Below, piece after piece: positions 11,951 to 23,647 of a DNA stretch of 64,000 nt. Location of the stretch: positions 23,994,001-24,058,000 of the forward strand of contig NC_135670.1 of assembly GCF_964188315.1 (NCBI RefSeq), in the 5' to 3' direction. This DNA comes from Podarcis muralis. Taxonomy: Eukaryota. A program made the position numbers and the translations under genes. The notes below the pieces were generated by a model, which made no database searches, was not told where the DNA came from, and saw nothing but the letters and a program-made list of their open reading frames with translations. Every line of letters begins with the position of its first letter. The first letter of the stretch is position 1.

Positions 11951-14900
11951 TGACTATGATAGAGGCCTAGAAATAGAAAGGCTTCCTGTGACATAAAGTC
12001 GGGTGCCTAGAGATAGGAAAAATGTAGACTGACACCCAGGGCTTAACTTTCGGTTTTTGTGTGCATGCAGGTTCAATCCCCAGTGGCGTCTCCAGGGAGG
12101 GCTGGGCATTTTCCCTGAAGAGCTGCTGCCAGCCAGTGCAGACAATACTGAGCTACAGGAACCAGTGGTCTGGCTCAGTAGAAGGGAGCTTCCTGGGTTC
12201 CTAAACTGAAGCAGCAAAGATCCCTGCTTTCCCCCCTAACTGGTTTTTAAACATGTCCAAGTCCCAGTCGCCTTCATGCAAGTCCATTGAAGGCTTTTGT
12301 ATCCAGCTGCTTGCATTTAAGTGAGTGGGCCTTTTCCTGCAACGCGAGGCGGATGTTTGTCTGAAAACCCAAATCTGCCTCAGCTCCACCAACTTGCACT
12401 TTTAACACTGGACTACACTGAAGGGCTGTTGTAAGCCTCTCTTTCTCATCCACGGGCCCATCCAATCATAAATATGGGGACAATAGATAACAGAGAAAAC
12501 ATGCTGCCTTGGGTTTATGATACAGCAAGCAGCCTTGCACAGCTTTGGATTAAAAAAATACTTGGGAGGTTCTTTAGCTGCTTACCCACTATACCTTTTA
12601 AGCACACCTGAAGCACATACTCCCCTCAAAGTATTCTGGGCGCAGTAGTTTGTTAAAGCATGCTGAGAATTGTAACTCTGTGAGGGCTCAACTACAGTGC
12701 CCAGAATTGTTTGAGGGAAAGAATATTATGCTTCGAATGTGCGTTAAATGTACAGTGTGCCCAATTTTACAATCAGAGTACCGTACTTCAAATGAATATG
12801 CAGCCCATCAGTGATTAATCCAGGCTTTCCCTGATCCATAAATTCAGACTCTGATTTATGTGCCTGAATCACCCGGAATTCCTTTTTTATTTGTTATGTT
12901 ATCATATTACTGTTTTATTGGTTTTATGCTACATTTTTGTTTTAACAATAATGTTTGCTTTTATGTTGCACACAGGACTTAATATTTTTCTCCCCCAAAT
13001 ATATTAAGCAGCTTATAAACACTTTTAAACAAGAAAGGGACATTTCCAGCATTATTTATTATTATTTTTGAGAGAGAAATGAAATAGTTACATCTGATTA
13101 ATAGTCAAATTAACTCAGATCCTGCAAAAAGAAGTTCCTATACAGAGATTGATCCCTCCTTTTTCACACTCCAGTATTCTGTAGCCTAAACATATATCTT
13201 GATGCAAAATCACTATGGGCAAACTTCACTTTGAAAATGAACTCGTGTGAGATTTCTTTCAGTGAGGAGTTAGGACTTTTGTTTCTTTAAAAAAAAAGGA
13301 GAAGAGTTGCCTTCAGACAGGTGCCAGCTCAGGCTGTTACGATCTTTGTACCCGTTATCTGAAGACACGTTCCAACCAAGAGCCTTGCATTATTTCAGAT
13401 TATTATCTGAGGTAAATCATGGGGAAGGTACTAATATATCATCAGCAAGGTCACAAGGTTATTTGGGGCTCCTTTGTTCCTGGCCGTCTCTGTGAATTAT
13501 TCCAACATGCTCTTGACCTGTCCTGATTCCACATATTCAGGACTCTGGAACTTGTGTATTTTTCCCTTCCAGAGTTGCAGCCCAGCCACTTAAATTGAAA
13601 GGAAACACTCTGCAAACAGCTGACTTCAGCAGCTGGAGGAGATGTCACGTGACCTGAAATAAACAAGAGTGAAAGAAGATTCCTCGCTGCCTGCCTGTGG
13701 TGAGAAAGTGGAGGAAAAGTCTCGTTCTAAAAGCTGATTTCAGTCCTCCCAATTCAGCACCAATTCAGCACCCCAATTCATAATTCAAGGGAAGAGGTGA
13801 AGACTCCTAGGACATCCAGTGACCATATCAGGTAGGCTCTCCTCCTTAAGACAGCTCGTTTCCCCCTCACACCCCACATCTTCCCACATAATCCTTGATC
13901 CCTCAGGTACAATGTTATATTATTGATATAGCTCAACCCCATGCATGTTTATTTATGCAGAACTAAGTCCTGCTGTATTTAGTGGGGCTTCCTGCCAGGA
14001 ATAGGTGCATGGGATTGAAGCCTGTAGCACCCTTATCCAACAAGGAATGTAAGAGGCAGACACAACGGCTTGGTGGAGAGGTTGAAGGGGGAAGAATGTA
14101 CGTAGTTCAGTAGTTCCCAAAGTGGACACTATATCACACTATCCCCTCTTGCAATTCCCAGCAACAGACATTTAGAGGCATACTTCCTCCGATAGGGGAA
14201 GTGGAACGTAAACATCTAGAAGCCACTGATGGCAGATCCTATTTTCCAGGGGCAGCCCTCAATTTACAGAAGCCGTCCCAGTTTCTGATTTGATCCCAGA
14301 ATGTCCCGCTTTCCCTTAGGACGTCCCTAGTTCCATTGCAGAAATGTTGGAGGGTATGGTAGGACGTCCCTGTTTTCATCAGAGAAATGTTGGAGGCAGT
14401 GCCGGATTTATGTATAAGCTAAACAAGCTATAGCTTAGGGCCCCACTCTCTTGGCCCCCCCCAAAAAATTCACTATTAATATACTTCTTCTTAATTGTAT
14501 TTCAGTTCAACAATTACTTTGATAAAATACATATTTTGTTATGTGCAAATGGCTTTAGATACCTATTAGATCCATAAATTACCATATAGCATATATTCAG
14601 CGCACAAAAAAGCGACAATTTGTTGTTGATGAAGGACAGCTGGACATACCAGGGCCCCATTACCTTCAGTAGCTTAGGGCCTCATCAAACCTAAACCTGG
14701 CCCTGGTTGGAGGGCATGGGGTAGCATTACCCACCACAAGTTTATTCCTGCATTGAGGGCATGGGGGTCCTCTCTGTGAATGTGTGGTGGACCACTTCCT
14801 ATGCTTGATCTCAAAGGCTGTGGCGTGGAGTCTCATCCTGCCACCCGCTATAAAATATCTAGTTGAGATAAAGTGGTTTCTGTGGAACCAGATATGTGTG

Positions 14901-15160
14901 TAACATGTTATCTGCAAAGCATCAAGAGGAAGGATAGCCAATGGACATTCCTGATCTGCCTCACCAGCACTTGTTGTTCCTCATCCAGCCAAAGTCCTTG
15001 CTGTTGCGCAGACTCAGCACTTCTTCCTTGGGAAGATTGTGTCATCGTGATATTCCTCCCATTGAATTTTTCACAGGCTGTCTTTGCCTCCAAGTTCCTG
15101 GACTCCTTCCTGAAATTCTGGCCGGCATCTCTGTCTGTTGACTTCCTTCTTGTGACAAGC

Positions 15161-15227
15161 ATGGACCCCAGAGGTCTATGGTTCTTCGTCTTCTTCCCTA
15201 TCCTGTTTGCCTCCGTCCAGCTTTGTG
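15161..15227 (+). CDS. TCN2: Transcobalamin II exon 1, signal peptide (MDPRGLWFFVFFPILFASVQLC)
   Basis: Hydrophobic signal peptide ending in the conserved Cys, phase 1, gtaatc donor; joins exon 2 as LC-EIS (human MC-EIP, recalled). Confidence 0.88.
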
Positions 15228-15235
15228 GTAATCTC

Positions 15236-15374
15236 NNNNNNNNNNNNNNNNNNNNNNNNNNNNNNNNNNNNNNNNNNNNNNNNNNNNNNNNNNNNNNNNN
15301 NNNNNNNNNNNNNNNNNNNNNNNNNNNNNNNNNNNNNNNNNNNNNNNNNNNNNNNNNNNNNNNNNNNNNNNNNN
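15236..15374. other. Assembly gap (139 N) in TCN2 intron 1
   Basis: Run of N starting 8 nt after the exon 1 end. Confidence 0.99.
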
Positions 15375-15473
15375 ATTGCTTTTCCCTCTCACTGAAATTC
15401 TTTAAAAAACATGAACAAGATTCACATTATGATGTATAACTATCGAGGATGTATAAGCCAAGGTTCTTACAGC

Positions 15474-15735
15474 CATAGCTGTCAACGTTTCCCTTTTTTA
15501 AAGGGAAATTCCCTTATTTTGAATAGGATCATAGCTGTCAACCTTCCCTTTTTTGCGGTAAAATCCCTTATTCCAGCGCCGTTTCCCGCTGCTTCCTGCT
15601 GCTATCGCGGATTGTTAGATATCCCGTAGACTGTCCCCGGGACAGGTGAGGCTGCTGATCCCTTATTTTCAAATCTCAAAGTTGACAGCTATGAATAGGA
15701 TTCCTCGCAAGAAAAGGGAAAAGTTGACAGCTATG
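15474..15735. mobile_element. Nested pair of hAT-like MITEs (TIR CATAGCTGTCAAC); inner copy 15530-15693
   Basis: Two forward and two reverse TIRs; inner 8-bp TSD aataggat. Confidence 0.8.
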
Positions 15736-16099
15736 CTTTACAGCAGAATGTAGAAGAGAATCAGAATGAAGGTGGAGAATCTGTGGCGCTGATATGGGAA
15801 AAGTTTTTACCTTAATGAGGAAGGGTCAGGGCAGATTCACCCCATGCATTTAAAGCACATTCAATACATCTGCAAAGTTCATGACCCCCACCCACCCGGG
15901 CAAGAATGCTGGGAATTGTAGTTTCAACCTCACAGAGACACAAGCTGGCTTCATTGCAGGGGGTTGGACTAGAACTCTATGATTCTATGAATTTCCAGAA
16001 CCCCTAATATAAACTACAGTTCCCACAGTTCTTTGGGGGAAGTCGTGTGTTTTAAAGCAGCCACATTCGCGGTCCTGTTTTGTTCTTCTCTCGGGTCAG

Positions 16100-16289
16100 A
16101 AATCTCTGCAGGAAATTCTGATCGCATCAGATCTTTGAACACGGAGCTCTTGAAAGTGGCGGAGGATGCGTCTGAGGAGCCGAACCCCAGTGTTTACCTG
16201 GCCCTGCGGCTGTCTAACGACCACAACTTGCAGAAGGAGAGCCAGTACCTCCAGCGCCTCAAAGATGCCTTTCAGCCCAATGCCAGCAC
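16100..16289 (+). CDS. TCN2: TCN2 exon 2 (EISAGNSDRI...PNPSVYLALRLS...FQPNAS)
   Basis: AG acceptor, gtatgt donor; NPSxYxxLRLS cobalamin-binder motif. Confidence 0.95.
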
Positions 16290-16692
16290 GTATGTTTAGC
16301 ACAGGGTTTGGGTGGTGGGGAATTTTGCAGGATGAGGACCAGAGGCAGAAGGGGGTGGAGCAATGAATGTACATTGCTGGAAACCACGGAAGAGAAAAGT
16401 CCTCTTGGGATCAGGTCCCCTGCTTGCAGGTTTCACATATGGGTATCTGGTTGGCCACTATGAGAACAGGATGCTGGGCTGGACGGGCCACTGGCCTGAT
16501 GCAACCAGCAAGAAACTCTTATCCTCAGGGTTATGGGTTCGAGTCACGTTGGGCAAAAAGATTCCTGCATTGCAGGGGGTTAGACTCTACCATTCTGTGA
16601 TATATTAGTTCAGTATACTCTTGCATGCCAACAAAGCAACATCAAGCAAGCAAGCAGACAGACAGACAGACAGGCCCACCCCATTCCAAGTA

Positions 16693-16923
16693 CAGTGGTA
16701 CCTCAGGTTACATACGCTTCAGGTTACAGACTCTGCTAACCCAGAAATAGTACCTTGGTTTAAGAACTTTGCTTCAGGATGAGAACAGAAATCGCGCAGC
16801 AGCGGTGCGGCGGCAGCGGGAGGCCCCATTAACTAAAGTGGTGCTTCAGGTTAAGAACAGTTTCAGGTTAAGAACGGACCTCCGGAATGAATTATGGTAA
16901 ATACTTAACCCAAGGTACCACTG
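16693..16923. mobile_element. Tc1/mariner MITE, same family as 2686
   Basis: TIRs with TA flanks. Confidence 0.88.
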
Positions 16924-17105
16924 TATATTACAATCTGAGTTTTGACAGTGGGGGAGACAACGGAGGGGAAGAAGGGGAGAGGGTGAGGGTTACAATCAGG
17001 TCTTCATTTAAAATACAGTGATACCTCTGGTTACGTACTTAATTCGTTCCGGAGGTCCGTTCCGGAGGTCCGAATTACAACTCCCATCCTCGCTAGCTAG
17101 CAGTA

Positions 17106-17651
17106 CAGTGGTGCCTCGCAAGACGAAATTAATTCGTTCCGCAAGTTTTTTCTTCTTGCGAGTTTTTCGTCTTGCGAAGCACGGTTTCCCATAAGAATGC
17201 ATTGAAAATCAATCAATGCGTTCCTATGGAGACCATCCGGGGACAGAGGGGAAGCGCCGCGCGCCTTCCCCTCTGTCCCCGGACCTGTTTAAAGCAAGGG
17301 GCGGCGGGGAGAAGATTGCTTCTCCCCGTTGCCTGCCCCGCAATCTCCGGGGACAGAGGGGAAGGCGCGCGCGCCTTCCTCTCTGTCCCCGGATCTGTTT
17401 TAAAGCAAGGGAAGGGGCAGCGGGGAGAATCGCTTCTCCCCGTTGCCGCCCCTTGGTTCAAAAGGGGTCTGGGGAGAGAGGGGAAGACGCGCTGCGCTTC
17501 CCCGCTATCCCCATTGCTTGCGGGGCAAGCTTCGTTTTGCGAAGCAAGCCCATAGGGAAATGCGTCTTGCGAAGCGGCTAAGAAAACGAAAAACTCCTTC
17601 GTCTAGCGAGTTTTTCGTCTTCCGAGGCGTTCGTCTTGCGGGGTACCACTG
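17106..17651. mobile_element. Tc1/mariner MITE, same TIR family as 9376, with an internal hairpin array
   Basis: TIRs, TA TSD. Confidence 0.85.
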
Positions 17652-17824
17652 TACCAGCAGTCAAGGTGTGATGGGATTTGTAGTCCAGAAACAGCTGGAG
17701 ACACAAGCTTAGGAAGCCCCGTAATAAAATTGAACTGGATAAATGAAGTTAAACCTGGAGAAGGCCTAGCCTGGCTGCATGGGAGGGCCTAACGACATGG
17801 TTATTCTGACTTCTTCCAATCCAG

Positions 17825-17985
17825 CTCTCTGGCTCCAGTCCGCTACCATGAGCATCCTAGCACAGGTCAGCTGGCCCTGTACCTCCTTGCGCTGCGGGCC
17901 GCCTGCCACGACATGGAGGCACTTGAAGGGAGGCAGCTGGTGACCCAGCTTAAGCTTCACTTGAACAAGGAAAAGGCGCAGATAG
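17825..17985 (+). CDS. TCN2: TCN2 exon 3 (SLAPVRYHEHPSTGQLALYLLALRAAC...KEKAQI)
   Basis: AG acceptor, gtaagg donor; GQLALYLLALRA motif. Confidence 0.96.
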
Positions 17986-18246
17986 GTAAGGTTCTAGGTG
18001 ATGGCGCCTGCTTGGTGTCAAGTGGCAAGGAGTTCCAGTGGGTAGGTGCTGCCACATGAAAAGACTGATTGAATGAAAGCAAGTGTTGGAAGTCTGAATT
18101 AGGGGCAAGCACTTAAGGAGAGATTTTGCCAGCATCTGGAAGCATGAGAGCAGGACTTCGTAGGCTAAAGGTCAGCAGGGAGCTGGGTAATTAATTACGG
18201 CAGAAAAGGCAGATTTACCCATTGGTCTTTCTCCTCCTGCAACCAG

Positions 18247-18408
18247 GTCACAAGGACACAGGACACCCCATCACCAACTACTACCAGTACAGCTTGGGTG
18301 TCTTAGCCTTGTGTGTTCACCGCAAGAAGATTGACGAGCATGTGATCCGCAAGCTCTTGCACGCAGAGGAGCGGGGACGATTTGTGCTCCACAACAAGCA
18401 CTCTGTGG
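18247..18408 (+). CDS. TCN2: TCN2 exon 4 (GHKDTGHPITNYYQYSLGVLALC...HNKHSV)
   Basis: AG acceptor, gtacgt donor; TxYYQY motif; His of HSVD retained. Confidence 0.96.
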
Positions 18409-18619
18409 GTACGTGCTGCCCCCTTTACACATGAGTCCACTCAGGTTTCTAGACCTCAACTGTTTTCTGCTGCGGGGGCGTTGATGCCTTGCAGCTTTAA
18501 TCGTCTGTACGGCTTCTGGCTGGGGGCAGCAAGCAGGAGGGAATGGCCCATTTTAATCCAGTTTGCAAGAGTTGTTTTTTTTACTGCTGGTGAATGACTA
18601 ATAATGATGATGATTTATT

Positions 18620-18915
18620 TAAACTCCATCCATCTGGCTAGGTTTCCCCAGCCACTCTGGGTGGCTCACAACAGAATATTAAAAACACGAGCAAAACATC
18701 AAACATAAAAAAAACTTCCCTAAACAGGGCTGCCTTCAGATGTCTTCTAAAAGTCAGACAGTTGTTTATTTCCTTGACATCTGATGGGAGGGCGTTCCAC
18801 AGGGCAGGCACCACTACCGAGAAGGCCCTCTGCCTGGTTCCCTGTAACCTCACTTCCCGCAGGGAGTGAACCGCCAGAAGGCCCTCGGAGCTGGACCTCT
18901 GTGTCCAGGCTGAAC
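18620..18915 (-). mobile_element. L2 LINE 3' fragment
   Basis: Reverse complement of the 34.5-34.75 kb segment. Confidence 0.85.
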
Positions 18916-19775
18916 GATGGGGGTGGAGACGCTCCTTCAGGTATATATTATTATTGTTAGTATACTATCCTATACCCGCAGGTGTCAGTATACTATCCTA
19001 TACCCGCAGGTGTCAGGGTTCAAGTATATATTATTATTATTGTTAGTAGTAGTAGTATATTATCCTATACCCGCAGGTCTCAGGGTGGTTACAACATAAG
19101 CCACAATATAAAAACACAAACTACATTATAAAAACAAAAACATACCAATTAAGCTCCCCAACACATTTTAAAATGGCATTAGATGTTAATCAGCCAAAGT
19201 CCTGGTTAAGGAGGAACATTTTTTGCCTGGTATCTAAAGGTGTATACTTAAGGCGCTAGTTGAACCCCCTGGGGGAGAGCATTCCACAAACGGAGCCACT
19301 GCAGAAAAGGCCCTTTCTCGTGTTGCCACCTTCCAGACCTCTTGTGGAGGAGGCACAGCAAGAAGGGCTGCTCTGGGGCTCTGTGCCCATTTCCCCTGTA
19401 GCATCTTGCCTGTCTTCTCTGGGACCAGCCCTACCGTTAGACAGAATGGGGCATTGCCTCAGGCAGCAAGGGGCAGGGAGCGGTGATTAGCTCTTGGGAG
19501 GACGGAGGTATGGAGAAACAGGGAGCACCGTGGGTATGGAAAACGGGGGCGGCGTTCAGTGGTAGAGCACCTGCTGTGCTTGCAGATGGTCCTGGGTTCA
19601 ATTGCCCACATCTCCAGGTAGGGCTGGGAGAGACTCCCAGAGCTGCTGCAGGTCAGTGTAGACAGTACTGAGCTAGGTGGACCGATGGAGCAAGCCATGT
19701 GAAGGATGTAGGCATGTGTTTGGGACTGGCGGGTCAGCTCTCCTCTTCATGGCTGTTTTAACCTTGCTCACCCAG

Positions 19776-19951
19776 ATACAGAGGCGATGGGAGGTCTGGC
19801 CTTTGCCTGCTTGGAACAAGCCACCTTCTACAGGCCAGAGCTGGTGGCAAACCTCAGCCAGGCTGTCCAGAGAGTCAAGCGGAAGATACTGCAGGCCAAG
19901 ACTGCAGAAGGGGCTTTTGGCAATGTCGACAGCAGCCCCCTGGCCACACAG
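19776..19951 (+). CDS. TCN2: TCN2 exon 5 (DTEAMGGLAFACL...EGAFGNVDSSPLATQ)
   Basis: AG acceptor, gtgagg donor; DTxAMxxLAFxCL and FGNVxSxPLA motifs. Confidence 0.96.
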
Positions 19952-20157
19952 GTGAGGAGGACTCTGCAGGCAAAGTAGAGGGATGGCAATTCTCACATTT
20001 ACTATTTTGTAGCTCTTGCTAAGCCATTTTCTTACTCTGTAACCACGAGGTGGAAACTTGAAGGATCTCTCTACTAGTGGGCATGGCCCATTAGAGCACT
20101 GCTCCACCACCCTCCCTCTGCCCCCGCCCAGCCCCCACCTGCCTGGCCTTTTATATA

Positions 20158-20399
20158 CAGTGGTACCTTGGGTTAAGTACTTAATTCATTCCGGAGGTCT
20201 GTTCTTAACCTGAAACTGTTCTTAACTTGAAGCACCACTTTAGCTAATGGGGCCTCCTGCTGCCGCCGCACCGCCGAAGCACGATTTCTGTTCTCATCCT
20301 GAAGCAAAGTTCTTAACCTGAAGCACTATTTCTGGGCTAGCGGAGTCTGTAACCTGAAGCGTCTGTAACCTGAAGCGTATGCAACCCGAGGTACCACTG
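20158..20399. mobile_element. Tc1/mariner MITE, same family, opposite orientation
   Basis: TIRs with TA flanks. Confidence 0.88.
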
Positions 20400-20916
20400 T
20401 ACAAGCAACCCGGAGGTAGCTGAGCCTTTCTGCTTCTTCCTCCTCTGTAGTCACAGAACTCAACAAGTAGGAGGGGAACAAAGCTAGGATGAGCTGGCTC
20501 CTCCTGTCATTGGCTCTGGTGCCACCTACTGTTGGTCTCCTTACCTTCTGCCCCATCAGCCCCCAGCCACCTCTGGATTTCCTTTCCTGTTGCGTCCCAT
20601 TCCAGAATCTGATTCTCTCCATTTGGTTCTATGGTTTTTTCCAAACGCAACTTGCAGTGCTGAAGAGGCAAGTCTTTTTTTCCCAATCTGAGGTTGAAGA
20701 CCTTGGCTAGGGAATGGCTTGCCTCTTCAGCACAGAGTGGAAACCTCTGCAGAACGTCCGGCTGATGCGGCATTTCCCTTCTAGTTCTGCCAGGATTTCA
20801 GGCAATGCCAGCTGGCCACCGGTAGCCTCTTCTACTGTAGGTGGGAGTGCAAGAACTAACCTAAAAAGGCACTTTTCTTCAGTCTCTGATGCCTTTCCCA
20901 TCTCTTTGCGATTCAG

Positions 20917-21088
20917 TTCCTCATTGCTACGGGGATGAACCCAGAGTGTCCCGAGGCTGTTGCAACCCTGATTCGGAGCCTGGAGCGAGGAGATTTCCAA
21001 AACCCCCTCATCAAGTCCCAGTTGCTGCCTGCCCTGCATGGCAAGAGTTACCTGGATGTCGCCAGGATGGTGTGCCAAGCTGAGACAG
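20917..21088 (+). CDS. TCN2: TCN2 exon 6 (FLIATGMNPECPEAV...FQNPLIKSQLLPALHGKSYLDVARMVCQAET)
   Basis: AG acceptor, gtagcg donor; FQN...SQLLP.L..K.YxD motif. Confidence 0.95.
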
Positions 21089-21329
21089 GTAGCGGGGGGG
21101 GGGGGGAGAAAAGAGGGTGTTGCAAAGGAGTAGTGGGGACACAGTCTACTTTTGGCTCTAGTCAAGCTGGGGTAGAGCTGTGGAACACTGAGACCATAGA
21201 GGGGGACCAGATCCAGAACTGGCCTCTGCGTGCCATTTTGAGAGGTGGAAAGGGCTGCCTACATGTAAGTTGCCTGACATCAAGTCACATGATCAGACGC
21301 AGGCTTGTCCCAGCGAAAGGGTGCAAATC

Positions 21330-21735
21330 ACAAAATATGCAGAAATGGCAAAACTTACCGGAAAAATAAGAAATCAAGGCAACCAACTTATTTATAAAAG
21401 AATGGAAATGGTTTATTGAATATTTACTAATAATCTGTAAACATTTAAATATATACTCTTATAAAACAGCAGATTATTACAATAATCTTGCCAGTGTTGA
21501 ACACTGGCAGGATTATTGTAATAACCTGCAGTTTTATAAGAGTATATATTTAAAGTAGATGAATTAATGAGAAAATTAATTTGGAATATGCAGAAATGAT
21601 AAAAAATAAATTTAAGGAACCACAGAAAGGGGGGAGGAAGTCGAGTTTCGAAATGTTAAAAGGATTGTGAAATCATTGAAATGTGTACAACTGGAAATCA
21701 TAAATAAAATGATTATTATTATGAAAAAAAAATTA
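21330..21735 (+). mobile_element. L1/Tx1-like LINE 3' end
   Basis: Colinear with 57480-58075 once the MITE is removed. Confidence 0.68.
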
Positions 21736-22413
21736 AACACAGGCTTAGCTCCATTCTTAGCAATGTAGCTTCCACAGCGCTGAGACCGGAGACAAGCCTC
21801 TGCCTGCTGCCATTAAAAGACCTATAAGCAAAGACTTCTCTGTGATCTTAGTGCTGTGGTGCTAAGCACTAAGGTCGGAGATAACAGCTCCCTGGTGTCT
21901 CATCTTAGCTCTTAGTGCTTAGATTGGAGGCAGCAGATCTCTGTGCCTGGAGCTGCGGAATTCGCTCCTCCAAGAAGCAATGATGGCCACCAGCTCAGAT
22001 GGCTTTAAAAGACAAATTTGTGGAGGAAAAGGCTGTTGGCAGCTACTAGCCAGGACGGCTGTGTACTACCTCTGCTGTCCGAAATATGGGAATCACACTC
22101 TGTGCTGTGCTCAGGTCCTGTTTGTGAGCTTCCAAGCTTTCCGGGCCCAGCAGGCACTTCTTATGTCCTTACGACAACTTGCATACTCACTTTGCTGCCA
22201 GCCAGAAAACAAGCAGAGGTTTCACCTGAGCATACACAGAGGGCCTCTTGCTCCCCCTCTGAGATTAAAGAGGCAGGGTTCTCAGGGTACCACTTGAAGG
22301 CCAGAGGGGGGAAGAGGGACACCTGTGGGAAGGTGGAACACACCTGGAAAGGGTCCAAAACAGCATCACCAATGATGCAGAAATGATAGGGTCCACCAGG
22401 AGCTTAGCCTATA

Positions 22414-22655
22414 CAGTGGTACCTCGGGTTAAGTACTTAATTCGTTCCGGAGGTCCGTACTTAACCTGAAACTGTTCTTAACCTGAAGCACCACTTTAGC
22501 TAATGAGGCCTCCTGCTGCTGCTGCGCCGCCAGAGCACAATTTCTGTTCTCATCCTGAAGCAAAGTTCTTAACCTGAAGCACTATTTCTGGGTTAGCGGA
22601 GTCTGTAACCTGAAGCGTATGTAACCTGAAGCGTATGTAACCTGAGGTACCACTG
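22414..22655. mobile_element. Tc1/mariner MITE, same family
   Basis: TIRs with TA flanks. Confidence 0.88.
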
Positions 22656-22656
22656 T

Positions 22657-23068
22657 ACTCGAGTAGGACCCTGGCAGAGACACATGCCCGACTGGTATGT
22701 TCCCTCTCTCCTGGTCGATCGTTCGGGAGCTTCAAAAGCTTTCTTCTGCCCGAACATCACAGCGACCGATGCCAACAGACATCGGCACACTTAGGGATCC
22801 GCAGAATCTTCGCAGCTTGCGTAACGGACCTCAGCAGCTCAGCATTTTGGCTAATCTACTTTATTTACATATAAACACACAGTGAGCACTGCAACATGGC
22901 TCCCTCTCTCTCTAGCACCAGACAGCAAAGAGAAAAAGAACAGAGTAACACTAACAGTAACACTAACATCCTGTCTCCGTCACTTCCCACTCTGTGGAGT
23001 CAAAACATACACTGTCATGTGATAGACAACAATCCCATAACTGCAATCACGGAGCAGGAATTCTAACA
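22657..23068 (-). mobile_element. LTR-like fragment related to 6714-7057
   Basis: TGTTAG start on the minus strand, AATAAA, shared ggaagt..cggagacagga..tgttact block; 3' end unclear. Confidence 0.55.
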
Positions 23069-23183
23069 GAACACACCTGGGAAGGGTCCAAAACGGCATC
23101 ACCAATGATGCAGAAATGATAAGGTCCACCAGGAACCAGCCTGACTCCTGATGCACCCTCAACCTTTGTTTCCTTGCGTGCAG

Positions 23184-23382
23184 GTGGTTTGAATTTTGTC
23201 ACCTCCTCTCCCAGGCTGGAGCCGCCCGCTGGGAGTAGGCCGAGCATCCGTGTCCAGCTGCTTGTGAAGCAGCCACCTCTTCACGTGCCGTTGTACAGAC
23301 ACGTCGTCAGAGTTCCTCTCGGCTCCTCTCTGCTGGACGTGCTGAAAATTGCAGAGAAGCTGAACACCCCTAAGCGCTTCAC
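23184..23382 (+). CDS. TCN2: TCN2 exon 7 (linker and start of beta domain, ...VPLGSSLLDVLKIAEKLNTPKRFT)
   Basis: AG acceptor, gtgagg donor, 199 nt, phase 1 to 2. Confidence 0.92.
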
Positions 23383-23647
23383 GTGAGGCTAATTCCATCT
23401 TCATTCGCTTTGGCTGGTGTTATAGAGGGGGTGGGGGGCAGTGGAGGTACAGGAACTGAGGGAGCTGCCCTCCACCGAGGCAGACCACAGATCCATCCAG
23501 CCTAATACTGCCAGCACTGTCTGGCAGTGACCCTCCAGGGTTTTAGACAGGGGTGATTCCCAGTCCTACCTTGGAGATGCCACGTGTGTGTGTGTGTGTG
23601 GTTTGAACCCGGGACCACCTTCATGCATTGTTTTTAGTTTTGATTTA

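Noticed and set aside
14908-15162. 84-aa minus ORF antisense to the TCN2 5' region
   Set aside because: No homology recognised, non-ATG start in the track, no convincing splice sites
18962-19080. Triplicated atcctatacccgcaggt motif
   Set aside because: Slippage at the junction of two LINE tails; no sign of function
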